Shown here piece by piece: positions 27,680 to 36,895 of a stretch of 64,000 bases of DNA. Numbering within the stretch: the stretch's first letter is position 1; every line of letters starts with the position of its first letter. The notes beneath the pieces are model-generated. The model was not told the origin of the DNA, did no database searches, and saw only the letters and a list, made by a program, of their open reading frames with translations. The translations under genes and the position numbers were made by a program. The stretch covers positions 62,001 through 126,000 of IMG/VR virus record IMGVR_UViG_3300009514_000001; one strand, 5' to 3'.

Positions 27680-30552
27680 CAGTCGTCGCTGCTCATGAAA
27701 TCGGTGGATAGTTCCTCGGCCTTGCGCACGGTCTCTTCGGCCTTCTCTGCGTTGGCCAGGGCCTCGAAGTCTACCGGGTCCGTGCAGGTCATGACGCGCC
27801 GACAACGCCAGTCAACGGCTGTGTAGAGAGGTTCGAACTTCTCGTCGTCTCTGGTCTTGATGCACTGGACTAGGAGACGATTGGTCTTCCGAAGGACATC
27901 ATTGATGAACCCGGCCGTGATGACGTCGCTGGAGCGTTCGATCTCGTTGGAGTAACTGAGGTCGTAGGCCTCATAGATGCCCACGCGGCCTCCGTTCTTG
28001 CCCATGTTGGCGCGCTTGAACCCCTCGCGGCTGATCTGGAACAGGGCCACGACGGCGATGCCTTCCCCTCGGTTGAAGTTGTTGGACAGAATCTTGAGAT
28101 CACGGACGACCTCATTGGCCCTGGCTGTCGTACTCGGGTTGTACTGCTTGGGGTCAACCAGGAGGACGTGGTCGACCACAATCATGTTGAACGGGCTCTG
28201 GCGATAGAGCAGCTCTGACTTGGACCGAATGTCGCTGACCCGGAAGCTGTCCTCATCCGGGTTGTACCCCACGAAGTGCATCTTGCCGTAGCCGTTGGCC
28301 GGGTCTTTCAGGTCTGGGAGGACGAACTGGGTGAGGAACTCCTCCTCGTTCGGCGGCAGACACCCATCCCGGAGGAAACGGTAACGAAGCCCCAGGTCAA
28401 CCTCTCCCTGTCTCTGGATGGCCAGACGGAGGCGAGCCTCCCGGAACTTCGGGTGCATCGAGTGCATCGCGATAATGATGCGACGACATTGGTCGTAGGA
28501 CATCTCCAGGGTGAAGTAGCAGGAGCTGTACTTGAACCAGATGGCCTGGTTGTAGACCCAGTTGAAGGCGACGCTGCTGTTGTGGACGATGAACCCATCC
28601 GCGACGAAGTTCTCGGGTCCCGGGACGGACAAATCGTAGGTCATCTCCTCCCCGTCGTAGGTGACCTCATCCACCTGGGTCCACCAGACGTCACCGTCGG
28701 CCTGCCGGAGCAGACCATCGTCCTGGGCCGCCTCTGCGAGACGACGAACCGTGTCCCGGTGAACTGACCGGCGCTCTTTCGCCCAACGCGCATATTGCCA
28801 ACCCCCCTTGCGAGTCTGGGTGCGGACGTCATCACCAAGGTGGGCCAGAAGGGCCGTGGGCATCTTGTCGTCTTCGGTGCGGTCAGGGAGGTGTCCGAGA
28901 GCTTCCTCCACAGCATCCTCCACAGCATCCTCCACAGCATCCTCCTTGCCGAAGATAGTAGACCGCGTAAGGAACCGGCGCTTCGACTCCGTGGTCCGAA
29001 CAGAGACGTTCCAAAAGACTCTCCTCTCCCCCTTGTACATAATCTGTACGGGGGAGAGAGTGGTCACTACCCCGACTCGTTGGAGGAGGAGTTGGATATC
29101 CGAGGCCAACTGACGGCTCTTACTCGTGTAGTAGATGTTGACCTGGTGGCGATCTTGCCGACCCTCACGTCGCCGGAACACGGACCCCACGGACCCGTCC
29201 GTCGACCACAAGGCCGAGAGAAACAGCCACGTCTGGTCGTCGGTCATCGACCACAACTCACCCGGGACGAACTTGTCCTCGGAACCCTTATCCCAGAGAC
29301 CAAGATCCTCAGCCAGGACACGAAGGGGGGAAGTCCATGGATGGTACTTACTTCGGCCAGTGGAAGTACTCAAATCAACCCTGTCCGAACGCTCTCGGAA
29401 ATAAGCATATCGAGCCTTCCCTCCCTCCGGGGCACGCCTATACCCCATCCTGCGAAGACGGGCGATGAAGTCGGAGCGGATGCCTGGATTCGATACGGAT
29501 AGTTGCAGACACTCCCTCAGGCAGCCGTCCCCCAGGAGATATCCGAGACACACCACTTGGTCGTCACTCCACTCAGAGTCCTCGGGGGAAGTGGTCATGT
29601 GCTTGGCCAAACCCACCCAAGAGCCCTTCTGAAGACCATCCGCACGCACCCAACCTCCGGGGGTGAGGAACGGATGGTTCTCCGACACACGGATGGTGTG
29701 GCCTGTCTTGGTTCGCACCTTGAGGATGGGCTTGACTCCGTTCTTCGCCACCCTACTCGTGCGGGTCTCCGCCAGCTTGACAGAGCCCTCGTCGAGGGCA
29801 TGGAGCCGCGCGCAACGACGGCTCTTGTAAAGATCACCTATCGTTTTCAATTCTCCTGTGTAAGTGTCGAATATCTTTACGGAATTCGCGACGCATTTTA
29901 AGTGACCTGTAAAGCCAGCATGGGTCCAGAGCTGCTTCTTGCGGGCACCGCCGAGGGCGACGTCAATCTGCTTGATGCCCATGTACTGGCCGATACCGAA
30001 GTTGGGGTCATCGCGCCGTCGTTTGTAATCCTCCCAGTAGTCTTCGGTGTCCTCAGTGACCTCGCCGTCTGTGCGCATCCCACCTGGTGGGCGACCGATG
30101 AGGGAGGCCTCCCGCTGGAAGTAGGAAATGGCGTCACGAGGGCCCTTGAAGATGCGGTCCTTCCCGTCCTTCCCTGGGAGCTTGAGGCCCTGCATATTGA
30201 TGTGGTTGGCGTTTTGGAGACGCTCCTGGAGCTTGGCCTGGAGTCTCTCCTCTGAGCGTTCGTAGAGGCGGGCTCGGAAGTCGCCCCGGAACAGGGGTCG
30301 GAGCTGTTTGAGAATCTCAAGCTGGTCTACGATGTCGCTCTGCTTCTCCCGACGGAAGTGAGAGGTCAGGGTCGTGACGTCGGGGGCATGGTTGTGGGCA
30401 CGGAAGAACTCTCTAACGTACTCCCAGATGGTCTGGTGCTCTGGGATGAGGAACTCAAGGCCCTCGGCCTGGGTGTCCAGGATGTTGGCCAGGAGGAGAT
30501 CAGGGTCATCGGTATGGTCGACCCTGAACATGGACCGCAACAAAATCTTCAT
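27679..30552 (-). CDS. dnaB: DnaB-like replicative helicase with intein
   Basis: GFTGHLK|SS, YFTLEMS, IVVDH, LFQISR, IERSSDVI. Confidence 0.88.
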   Translation of the reverse strand: MKILLRSMFRVDHTDDPDLLLANILDTQAEGLEFLIPEHQTIWEYVREFFRAHNHAPDVTTLTSHFRREKQSDIVDQLEILKQLRPLFRGDFRARLYERSEERLQAKLQERLQNANHINMQGLKLPGKDGKDRIFKGPRDAISYFQREASLIGRPPGGMRTDGEVTEDTEDYWEDYKRRRDDPNFGIGQYMGIKQIDVALGGARKKQLWTHAGFTGHLKCVANSVKIFDTYTGELKTIGDLYKSRRCARLHALDEGSVKLAETRTSRVAKNGVKPILKVRTKTGHTIRVSENHPFLTPGGWVRADGLQKGSWVGLAKHMTTSPEDSEWSDDQVVCLGYLLGDGCLRECLQLSVSNPGIRSDFIARLRRMGYRRAPEGGKARYAYFRERSDRVDLSTSTGRSKYHPWTSPLRVLAEDLGLWDKGSEDKFVPGELWSMTDDQTWLFLSALWSTDGSVGSVFRRREGRQDRHQVNIYYTSKSRQLASDIQLLLQRVGVVTTLSPVQIMYKGERRVFWNVSVRTTESKRRFLTRSTIFGKEDAVEDAVEDAVEEALGHLPDRTEDDKMPTALLAHLGDDVRTQTRKGGWQYARWAKERRSVHRDTVRRLAEAAQDDGLLRQADGDVWWTQVDEVTYDGEEMTYDLSVPGPENFVADGFIVHNSSVAFNWVYNQAIWFKYSSCYFTLEMSYDQCRRIIIAMHSMHPKFREARLRLAIQRQGEVDLGLRYRFLRDGCLPPNEEEFLTQFVLPDLKDPANGYGKMHFVGYNPDEDSFRVSDIRSKSELLYRQSPFNMIVVDHVLLVDPKQYNPSTTARANEVVRDLKILSNNFNRGEGIAVVALFQISREGFKRANMGKNGGRVGIYEAYDLSYSNEIERSSDVITAGFINDVLRKTNRLLVQCIKTRDDEKFEPLYTAVDWRCRRVMTCTDPVDFEALANAEKAEETVRKAEELSTDFMSSDD
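28579..29895 (-). mobile_element. Intein after the DnaB Walker A lysine, 439 aa, LAGLIDADG type
   Basis: CVANS...IVHN|S; LGYLLGDG and FLSALWSTDG. Confidence 0.95.
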
Positions 30553-30567
30553 GAATGAGGCGCTCCG

Positions 30568-31506
30568 TTAGCTTCCTTGCTTCTTGCTCTTCTTCTTGGC
30601 CTTCTTTTTCTTCCACTCCTTCTCTGGGTCCCGATGAACCCGAAGTGAAGACTTCCGACTCTCTTTCACGAGGCCAGTCTTCGAGGGCAACTCCTGGTCG
30701 AACCCGACGGTCCCTGAGGTGACCGGAGACGGCATGTCGGGGTAGTCGGTCTCGCGGTCGTCACCCAGATCGATTCCGACGTACTCCCACATCTCGATGT
30801 GGTCCATCAGGTGGTCGGAGTAGCACAGATGGCCGGGAGCTAGGGGGGTGTGGGGCTGGTCGAAGAGCCAGGTGGGCTTGCCCTCGTGGAACCGGCTGCT
30901 CAGAGCCTCCCCCAACACCCCGGGCATCTCCTTGTTGTTCGCCGCCTTCATCCCCAGATGGATGATGAGCAGCTCTGGAGGAATCACCAGGTCCTGGAGG
31001 GTGTAGAAGGACATGGAGACCGGAGCGGCGTCCGAATCAAAAATCTCGCCACCCCCCAGAGGAACGGTCGCCAACCAGGCGGTTATCAGGTCAGTGTCGC
31101 TAGCGACCTTGAAAAACCACCGGCTCCCTTTGCGAATGGCGACATGACGGAGGTGCTCTCGGAACACCCTCGTCGGCGCCGTCACCCACACGTTCTTGTC
31201 GGTCAGGTCCCGCAAAGGCGAGGACTCGATGTTGGCGGCCCGACTCAGACCACGCCACCCGGCCTCGACGTTGTCGAGGATGTCCCGTGCGGCCATGCAC
31301 TCACAGCGCATCCGTCCTGGGGGAATGGTGGAGTCGTCTTGAACGAACCCGTGACCGAAACATTGGGGGCAGTTGGGGTCCCCGGGACCCGTGTCGTCGA
31401 CCTTCTCCCGATAGTCAGGGTGGTTGAGTCCTGACGTCTCTGCATCGAAAGCCACTCGACGTCTTTTGTAGTTGGAGCCGTAGCCGTCGTGGTCGTCGTC
31501 CTTCAC
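30568..31506 (-). CDS. DnaC/IstB-like helicase-loader homologue with degenerate ATPase motifs
   Basis: N-terminal CPQC...CEC; ELLIIHLG, SRFHEGKPTWL; lies directly upstream of dnaB. Confidence 0.65.
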   Translation of the reverse strand: MKDDDHDGYGSNYKRRRVAFDAETSGLNHPDYREKVDDTGPGDPNCPQCFGHGFVQDDSTIPPGRMRCECMAARDILDNVEAGWRGLSRAANIESSPLRDLTDKNVWVTAPTRVFREHLRHVAIRKGSRWFFKVASDTDLITAWLATVPLGGGEIFDSDAAPVSMSFYTLQDLVIPPELLIIHLGMKAANNKEMPGVLGEALSSRFHEGKPTWLFDQPHTPLAPGHLCYSDHLMDHIEMWEYVGIDLGDDRETDYPDMPSPVTSGTVGFDQELPSKTGLVKESRKSSLRVHRDPEKEWKKKKAKKKSKKQGS

Positions 31507-34500
31507 TTCTTCCTCCTTGATTTCCGCGCGTCCTCCAGAACGCCCTCGTAGATGGCCTTGAGGTCTCCGTCTGCGCTAATAGTGACTGGCTTGGACTCGC
31601 CCTTGATGCGCCGGCCGAGGACAGCTTCCACCAAATCCATCTTCTTGCGCAAGACCTGATTGACACGCATGTCGATGGAGCCGATGCCGCACAGGTGGAT
31701 GGCATAGACCCGGTCGTGCTGACTGCCGATGCGGACCATCCGCCCCAGGAGCTGGAGGTAGTCACCGGCGCTCCAGGGGGTGTCGTAGCAGATGAGGCCC
31801 TTGGCGGCTTGGAGGTTGATGGCGTCCGATCCCGCCGTCGTAATGACGATGACCTTGGTGTCTGAGTTGGGGTCCTGGAAGAGACGCTGCGCCTCTGCGC
31901 GCCTCTTCGGATTGCTGTCGTGCCCCGTGATACTCACCGCGTAGCGGTTCTTCCGCCGCTCGTCAGTGTTGTTGAGCGCGGGCATGATGAGCTTAACCAT
32001 CTCGGCGAACCGGGTGAACACGATGACCTTCTCATCGGCCAGGTCGCCCTCTGACAAGAGGTCCTTGAGGAGGCTGAACTTCTTGGACTTGCCATCCCTC
32101 CCCAACAGCTCTGGGTGGTTGACAATCTGCTGGAGGCGCGTACACGCCGTGAGGTGGTCGACCTCCTTCTGCTCCATCTCCCCCGTCTCTTTGTCCTGGA
32201 CCCAGAGGAGGCCGGAGAGGGCTTCGCTGTACAGACGAGTCTGGTCGCCGTGCATCGAGAACTTGAGCATCCGGAAGGTCACGTTCGGAAGCTCTGTCGC
32301 GACCTCGTGCTTGGGCCGCCCCAGGAAGAACGGGTCTATCACCCGCCGGAACCTCTCGATGTCCTCGTCCCGGTATCCGATGATGACCGGAATCTGTCGG
32401 CCGCTCTTGGGGAGCTTCTGCAAGCGGGTGATGCAGTAGTCCTTCATGAAAGAGGTCTTCGTCCCAAACAGCGGAGGCATGACGACCTTGTAGATGCCAT
32501 AGCCCTCGATGAGGTTGTTCTTGATGAGAGTCGCTGTCAGACCCCAAACCCAGGCAACCCCTTCCTTTTGGGCCAGGGCCTTGCAGACCTGGTGGATACG
32601 GGCTCTCGGATTCTTGAACGCAGTTGCCTCGTCGTAGACGACGACCCTGAAGTCGAGTTCACCGTGGATTTTAGTAAAGTCTGCCCTCGCCAGGGCATAG
32701 TTCATGACGATGACTGCCGGTCCTTTCTCGGCGAGAAACTCAGCGTATTGCTTCTCCCTCTTCTTCGGATTTCCTCCGGTCATCGCTGTGACGTGCACCC
32801 CTGTGGTGAACTTCTGAAACTCGCCGGCCCACTGGGGGACGGCTGACTTCGTCGTCAGGATGAGCGCCTTCTGGTCTGGGTTGGTCCTCCAGAGGACACA
32901 GAGGGAGGCGATGGTACTGAGCGTGTTGTGGTTGACAACCCCATTTCCGACATAGCAATGAGACGGGTCGTCGACTGTGATGTCGTACACCTCGGCCTCT
33001 CCCCTCTCGATATTCCTCACAGGATCGTAGAACCACTCTCTCTGACGAACCCGACTCAACTCTAGGAGGGAGGGGGAGTCTTGTGGCACTCCCACCTCTA
33101 ACGCAACCCCCAACATGGTATCGAGGAACGAATAGGAGACATTACGGCGCCCTGCCCGGACATGTCCAAGGGTGGTATAGAAAGCATTCCCGAATCTCTT
33201 CGAAGTGCCTCCCCCCTTGTACCCCTGACGTCCACAACGAGCGTAAATCTCCTCCCGCAAGGCCTCCACCTCTGGCTTGAGATGGGGGACTACATCGTGG
33301 TTGGTGTTCTCCTTGTGCTGTGTCAGGGGAAGGATGGCGTCCCGCTTGCGTTGAGAGATGAGACCCACGTGCTCCATGAACACTCGGGCGTCCTCCCCCA
33401 GGATTGTCAGCCTCCAGTAGGTGTGGTCTCGCCCCTTAACCGCCTTCGGAGACCTACGGGACACAACCCCAAACCCCAGAAGGACAATCTGGAGCTGTTT
33501 GGCCAATTTCTCCGAGGCAGAACTGAACTCGATACCGTTCTTGGTAACGTGGCTCTCCGCATCCACTAAAGCCCGTACAAACTGACGCACGCACTCCCGG
33601 TCTGCCCGAAGGACCGACCACGGGATACACTTGTCTTTGGCGACTCCTTTGGGGACACCTATCGCCTCCAGCCACCGAATCAGATAGGTGCTGGCTATGG
33701 GATAATCGTTCCCATGTTTTCGTACGGGATATTTGAACAGAGTGTCAATGAGGTATTCGATGTCCGCACTGGTCTCAGGATTACTAAGGGAGCACTGGCT
33801 GATAGTAAAAAACCTTCCATCCTTGTGGTTAAACCACCCCTCTCCATCCTTGTGGTTAAACCACCCCTCTGCGATCAGATACCCCAGGAACCTGGCCAGC
33901 TCTGGAACCATCTTGAACTGGGTGGGGTACGTTTTCTCCCCATTCCGAGCGACCTCAGAGGGGAGGGACACGGGGACCCTTCCAAACTTGTAAGGGCTCC
34001 GATCAATGCAAAGGTAGTCCCCCTCACGAACCTCTGCGAGCTTAACCCAGACCTCACCTCCGCCACGACGAACCCGGACCGGGTGGACGAGAGACCCTTC
34101 GATCTCAAAGCCGTGATGCGTCTGGACTTTCCGGGTAGGCTTCACACCTCCATGGTAGAACTGTGAGACCTGGAGTTCCTTCCCCCCGACCTGAACGCTC
34201 CAATGATCCACGGGAGCAAAGGTGTCTGGTTTCGTGATCCCTGGGTTGATATCCTCGATAGGGACCAACCCATTCGACCCCGTTCGAATCAGGGTGTCTC
34301 CTCTGGTGCACTTACCTAATCCGGTGTCGTCGCCCAGGATGAACCGCCCCATGGAAGCCATGTGCAGGATGCCGATGACCTGGTAGTCCCGAATCTTGAG
34401 GGGGCGCTCCACCCCATCGAACCCGACGAAGGTCTCCCGGAGGTTCGGCGGCTTCCTCTTGATGGCCAGGCCCTTCTTCTTCCGAATGGCCGAGAGGCGC

Positions 34501-34544
34501 TTGTACCTCTTCTCGGTCGTCGGGTTCATCTTGTACTTGCTCAT
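31503..34544 (-). CDS. SNF2-family helicase with intein
   Basis: DDTGLGK|T, YDEAT, LTATLIKNN, AGSDAINLQAA, WS...Y.Q..GR..RIG. Confidence 0.93.
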   Translation of the reverse strand: MSKYKMNPTTEKRYKRLSAIRKKKGLAIKRKPPNLRETFVGFDGVERPLKIRDYQVIGILHMASMGRFILGDDTGLGKCTRGDTLIRTGSNGLVPIEDINPGITKPDTFAPVDHWSVQVGGKELQVSQFYHGGVKPTRKVQTHHGFEIEGSLVHPVRVRRGGGEVWVKLAEVREGDYLCIDRSPYKFGRVPVSLPSEVARNGEKTYPTQFKMVPELARFLGYLIAEGWFNHKDGEGWFNHKDGRFFTISQCSLSNPETSADIEYLIDTLFKYPVRKHGNDYPIASTYLIRWLEAIGVPKGVAKDKCIPWSVLRADRECVRQFVRALVDAESHVTKNGIEFSSASEKLAKQLQIVLLGFGVVSRRSPKAVKGRDHTYWRLTILGEDARVFMEHVGLISQRKRDAILPLTQHKENTNHDVVPHLKPEVEALREEIYARCGRQGYKGGGTSKRFGNAFYTTLGHVRAGRRNVSYSFLDTMLGVALEVGVPQDSPSLLELSRVRQREWFYDPVRNIERGEAEVYDITVDDPSHCYVGNGVVNHNTLSTIASLCVLWRTNPDQKALILTTKSAVPQWAGEFQKFTTGVHVTAMTGGNPKKREKQYAEFLAEKGPAVIVMNYALARADFTKIHGELDFRVVVYDEATAFKNPRARIHQVCKALAQKEGVAWVWGLTATLIKNNLIEGYGIYKVVMPPLFGTKTSFMKDYCITRLQKLPKSGRQIPVIIGYRDEDIERFRRVIDPFFLGRPKHEVATELPNVTFRMLKFSMHGDQTRLYSEALSGLLWVQDKETGEMEQKEVDHLTACTRLQQIVNHPELLGRDGKSKKFSLLKDLLSEGDLADEKVIVFTRFAEMVKLIMPALNNTDERRKNRYAVSITGHDSNPKRRAEAQRLFQDPNSDTKVIVITTAGSDAINLQAAKGLICYDTPWSAGDYLQLLGRMVRIGSQHDRVYAIHLCGIGSIDMRVNQVLRKKMDLVEAVLGRRIKGESKPVTISADGDLKAIYEGVLEDARKSRRKK
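32925..34310 (-). mobile_element. Intein after the SNF2 motif I lysine, 462 aa, LAGLIDADG type
   Basis: CTRGD...VNHN|T; FLGYLIAEG and FVRALVDAES. Confidence 0.95.
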
Positions 34545-34550
34545 CGTCTT

Positions 34551-35525
34551 CTAGTCTCCAAAGAGGTCGAGGATACCGCCCTCAGAGGGCGCTGTGGAGC
34601 GCTCTTCGTTCAAGACGAACAACCGGTCGAGGAGTTCGTCCTCGAAGTCCTGGTCGTGTCCAGCATAGTTCGGGACGTCAAGGTCGCTCCATCCGTAGCT
34701 TCTGAGGACCTCTCGGTCCATCTCTTCGTGGAGCTGTTGAAGTTCGGGTAGCTCACCGGCCTTGATAGCGTTGTAGAGCTTCGTCAGGCCTTTCTGGTTC
34801 TCGGTCATCCACTCGGCTCGGGCGGCATAGAGCCGCTGTCCGATGCCTTCCAGAGAGAGGACGACCTCTTTGGGGTCCTTTTGGGGAAAGGGGAACGTCT
34901 CAAAACACGTCTCCGCCGTATAGCGGGAAGTTCCTTGAAGAGAAGAGCCCATGATGCGAGCCCAGTACTCGTGAACTCTAGACTGGAGAACTGAAAACGC
35001 AGTCCAGGACTCCAGAGGGAACACGTAGAGTGCTTCAGAGAACACTCGTCCCGTCGGCTGGAAGGAGAACATCACATGCTTCGACACCCGACCCGTCACC
35101 AAACAACGATGGAAGGGGGCGAGGGAACGATAGAGCCCGGGACGTGGGTCTGAGTACTGCCACCAACGCTTGCAGCGAGCGTTTGTCCTCTCCCTTTCTG
35201 GTTTGACCAGCCTGCGAACCCTCTCAAGCAGGTCGGGCCACTGTTCGGCATCCTCCAATGACATCTGGTCGAAATTGATGACGTATCGGTAGAAATCTTG
35301 GGTAGGAGAGGAGTTGACCTCCTTCCCGCCGATGTAGGGGAAAATCCTTTCTCCGTTCTTCGGGTCCTTGTCGATGAGGGCATTTCGCTCCCTTGGGGTC
35401 AATGTGAACCCGTCCACATTCAGGACGAAGGAGCCGTTGAAACTCAGACCCTCATTGGCCTTGAGAGGCAACGGGTCTGGACGCTCCGGACGCTGACGTA
35501 GACGAGAGTTCAGGCCCGGGCTCAT
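34551..35525 (-). CDS. Stand-alone MmeI/Type IIL-like target-recognition and C-terminal domain protein
   Basis: PYIGGKEVNSSP...RYVINF...WWQY...VSKH..F...LQSRVHE.WA...SS....RYT...CFETFPFP...GLTKLYN; no methyltransferase or nuclease motifs. Confidence 0.85.
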   Translation of the reverse strand: MSPGLNSRLRQRPERPDPLPLKANEGLSFNGSFVLNVDGFTLTPRERNALIDKDPKNGERIFPYIGGKEVNSSPTQDFYRYVINFDQMSLEDAEQWPDLLERVRRLVKPERERTNARCKRWWQYSDPRPGLYRSLAPFHRCLVTGRVSKHVMFSFQPTGRVFSEALYVFPLESWTAFSVLQSRVHEYWARIMGSSLQGTSRYTAETCFETFPFPQKDPKEVVLSLEGIGQRLYAARAEWMTENQKGLTKLYNAIKAGELPELQQLHEEMDREVLRSYGWSDLDVPNYAGHDQDFEDELLDRLFVLNEERSTAPSEGGILDLFGD

Positions 35526-36070
35526 TCAGGCGGCTCCTCGTAGAACGGACACTCTTCCCCGCCGGCACAGTCTCCCGTCGTGTCCCCACAGTAGAGACAG
35601 ACCCCCGGGTCCGGGTCTTCCGCCCTGGGCTTTGGAGTCCGGTCCCCCGAGGAAGCGACGAACACCCCCTCCGAGAGCATCCTCTTGAGTTTGGCGAGAG
35701 TGAGGTCCTGCATCGCGGCCAAGCTGTCCGCCTGTTCCTGGGTGATGTACTTGTCCTTGACGTACAGCTCCAGGCGCTGATGGACCGTCGCCGCCTCCTC
35801 GGGAGACACGACGACCTCCCCACCATCCTCGACACTTTCCTCGGCCTCCTCGGGCGAGAGGGTGTACTGGACCACAATCATCACCTCTGGTTGACCCTCG
35901 AAAGAGAAGTGAACCACGTCGCGGACCATCCAGAAGCGTTCCCTCAAAGAGACCTTCTCCCCAATGCGGGGCACTGGTGGCTGCTCTCCAAAGAGGAACG
36001 CTTTGGACTCGAACCAGTCGCCAGCGTCGGCTCCGTGGTAGAAGTTGTAGTGGATTCGTCGCTTAGCCAT
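35522..36070 (-). CDS. Hypothetical protein, 182 aa
   Basis: Coupled ORF with C-terminal CLYC...C....C. Confidence 0.7.
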   Translation of the reverse strand: MAKRRIHYNFYHGADAGDWFESKAFLFGEQPPVPRIGEKVSLRERFWMVRDVVHFSFEGQPEVMIVVQYTLSPEEAEESVEDGGEVVVSPEEAATVHQRLELYVKDKYITQEQADSLAAMQDLTLAKLKRMLSEGVFVASSGDRTPKPRAEDPDPGVCLYCGDTTGDCAGGEECPFYEEPPE

Positions 36071-36890
36071 CGATATCTCCCCCGACATCGACTACGACGC
36101 GTCCCGGGCCATCGATGACCAGTCCGACCCCGTGAGGGGTGCCCAAGGTCTTGACACCTCCGTGGGCTTCGATGGAGACCTGGCGACCTGGTATAACCAC
36201 GTGACCATGGACCCTGCTCAGACGGCGAGGAACCCCCGTAGAGTACTCTGAGAGTGCCTCTGCAATCTGCTCCAGCGTCATCCCCTTGAGACCTGCCTCC
36301 TGGACAGCAGCGGCCGTCCTGGGGCCGATGTAGCCGTCAACGGGACCAGGGTTGCGGCCGATCCTGTGGAGCTGGGCCTGGACGAACCTCTCCAGAGATC
36401 GGGTCCCCTCCCACTTGCCGACGTCAGCCTGGGCCGCAGCGACCACTGAGAGTTTGGCGACCTCTCCCCTCCCCTCTGCGATGAGACGCTCGTAGAGGAC
36501 CTGCCAGGGGCCGTAGTAATAGAACACGGTCTGGAAGGGAGATGGAAGCGGGTCCCGGTCGTGGGGAACGAAGTTCAGGGGAACGACCACTGACCAGAGG
36601 AGGCCGAGCTTGCGGACGTCAACCACCTCCTCCTCGAACACTGACTCGAACCGGACCTGTCGACCGGCCCGCAACATCGAGAGGTGGGTGGGAAAGGGGT
36701 CCTCGTCCGGGGCTGAGATGTCGATCTTGAATCCCAGGTCCTTCGTCGCTTCGATGACCCGGTCCAGGGCTTGGGCAGTGTCCCTGGTCACGACCAAGCG
36801 GCCGTACCTAATGAGTGTCTCGCGTTGCACAGAGTCCTCCAGGGTCGTCAGATAGAGATACGACACGGGACCAGAAACTGGACCCCCCAA
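36063..36890 (-). CDS. Peptidoglycan-binding protein with a possible degenerate M15 peptidase domain
   Basis: FVQAQLHRIGRNPGPVDGYIGPRTAAAV resembles PG_binding_1; exact start uncertain. Confidence 0.7.
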   Translation of the reverse strand: MGGPVSGPVSYLYLTTLEDSVQRETLIRYGRLVVTRDTAQALDRVIEATKDLGFKIDISAPDEDPFPTHLSMLRAGRQVRFESVFEEEVVDVRKLGLLWSVVVPLNFVPHDRDPLPSPFQTVFYYYGPWQVLYERLIAEGRGEVAKLSVVAAAQADVGKWEGTRSLERFVQAQLHRIGRNPGPVDGYIGPRTAAAVQEAGLKGMTLEQIAEALSEYSTGVPRRLSRVHGHVVIPGRQVSIEAHGGVKTLGTPHGVGLVIDGPGRVVVDVGGDIDG

Positions 36891-36895
36891 ACGCG

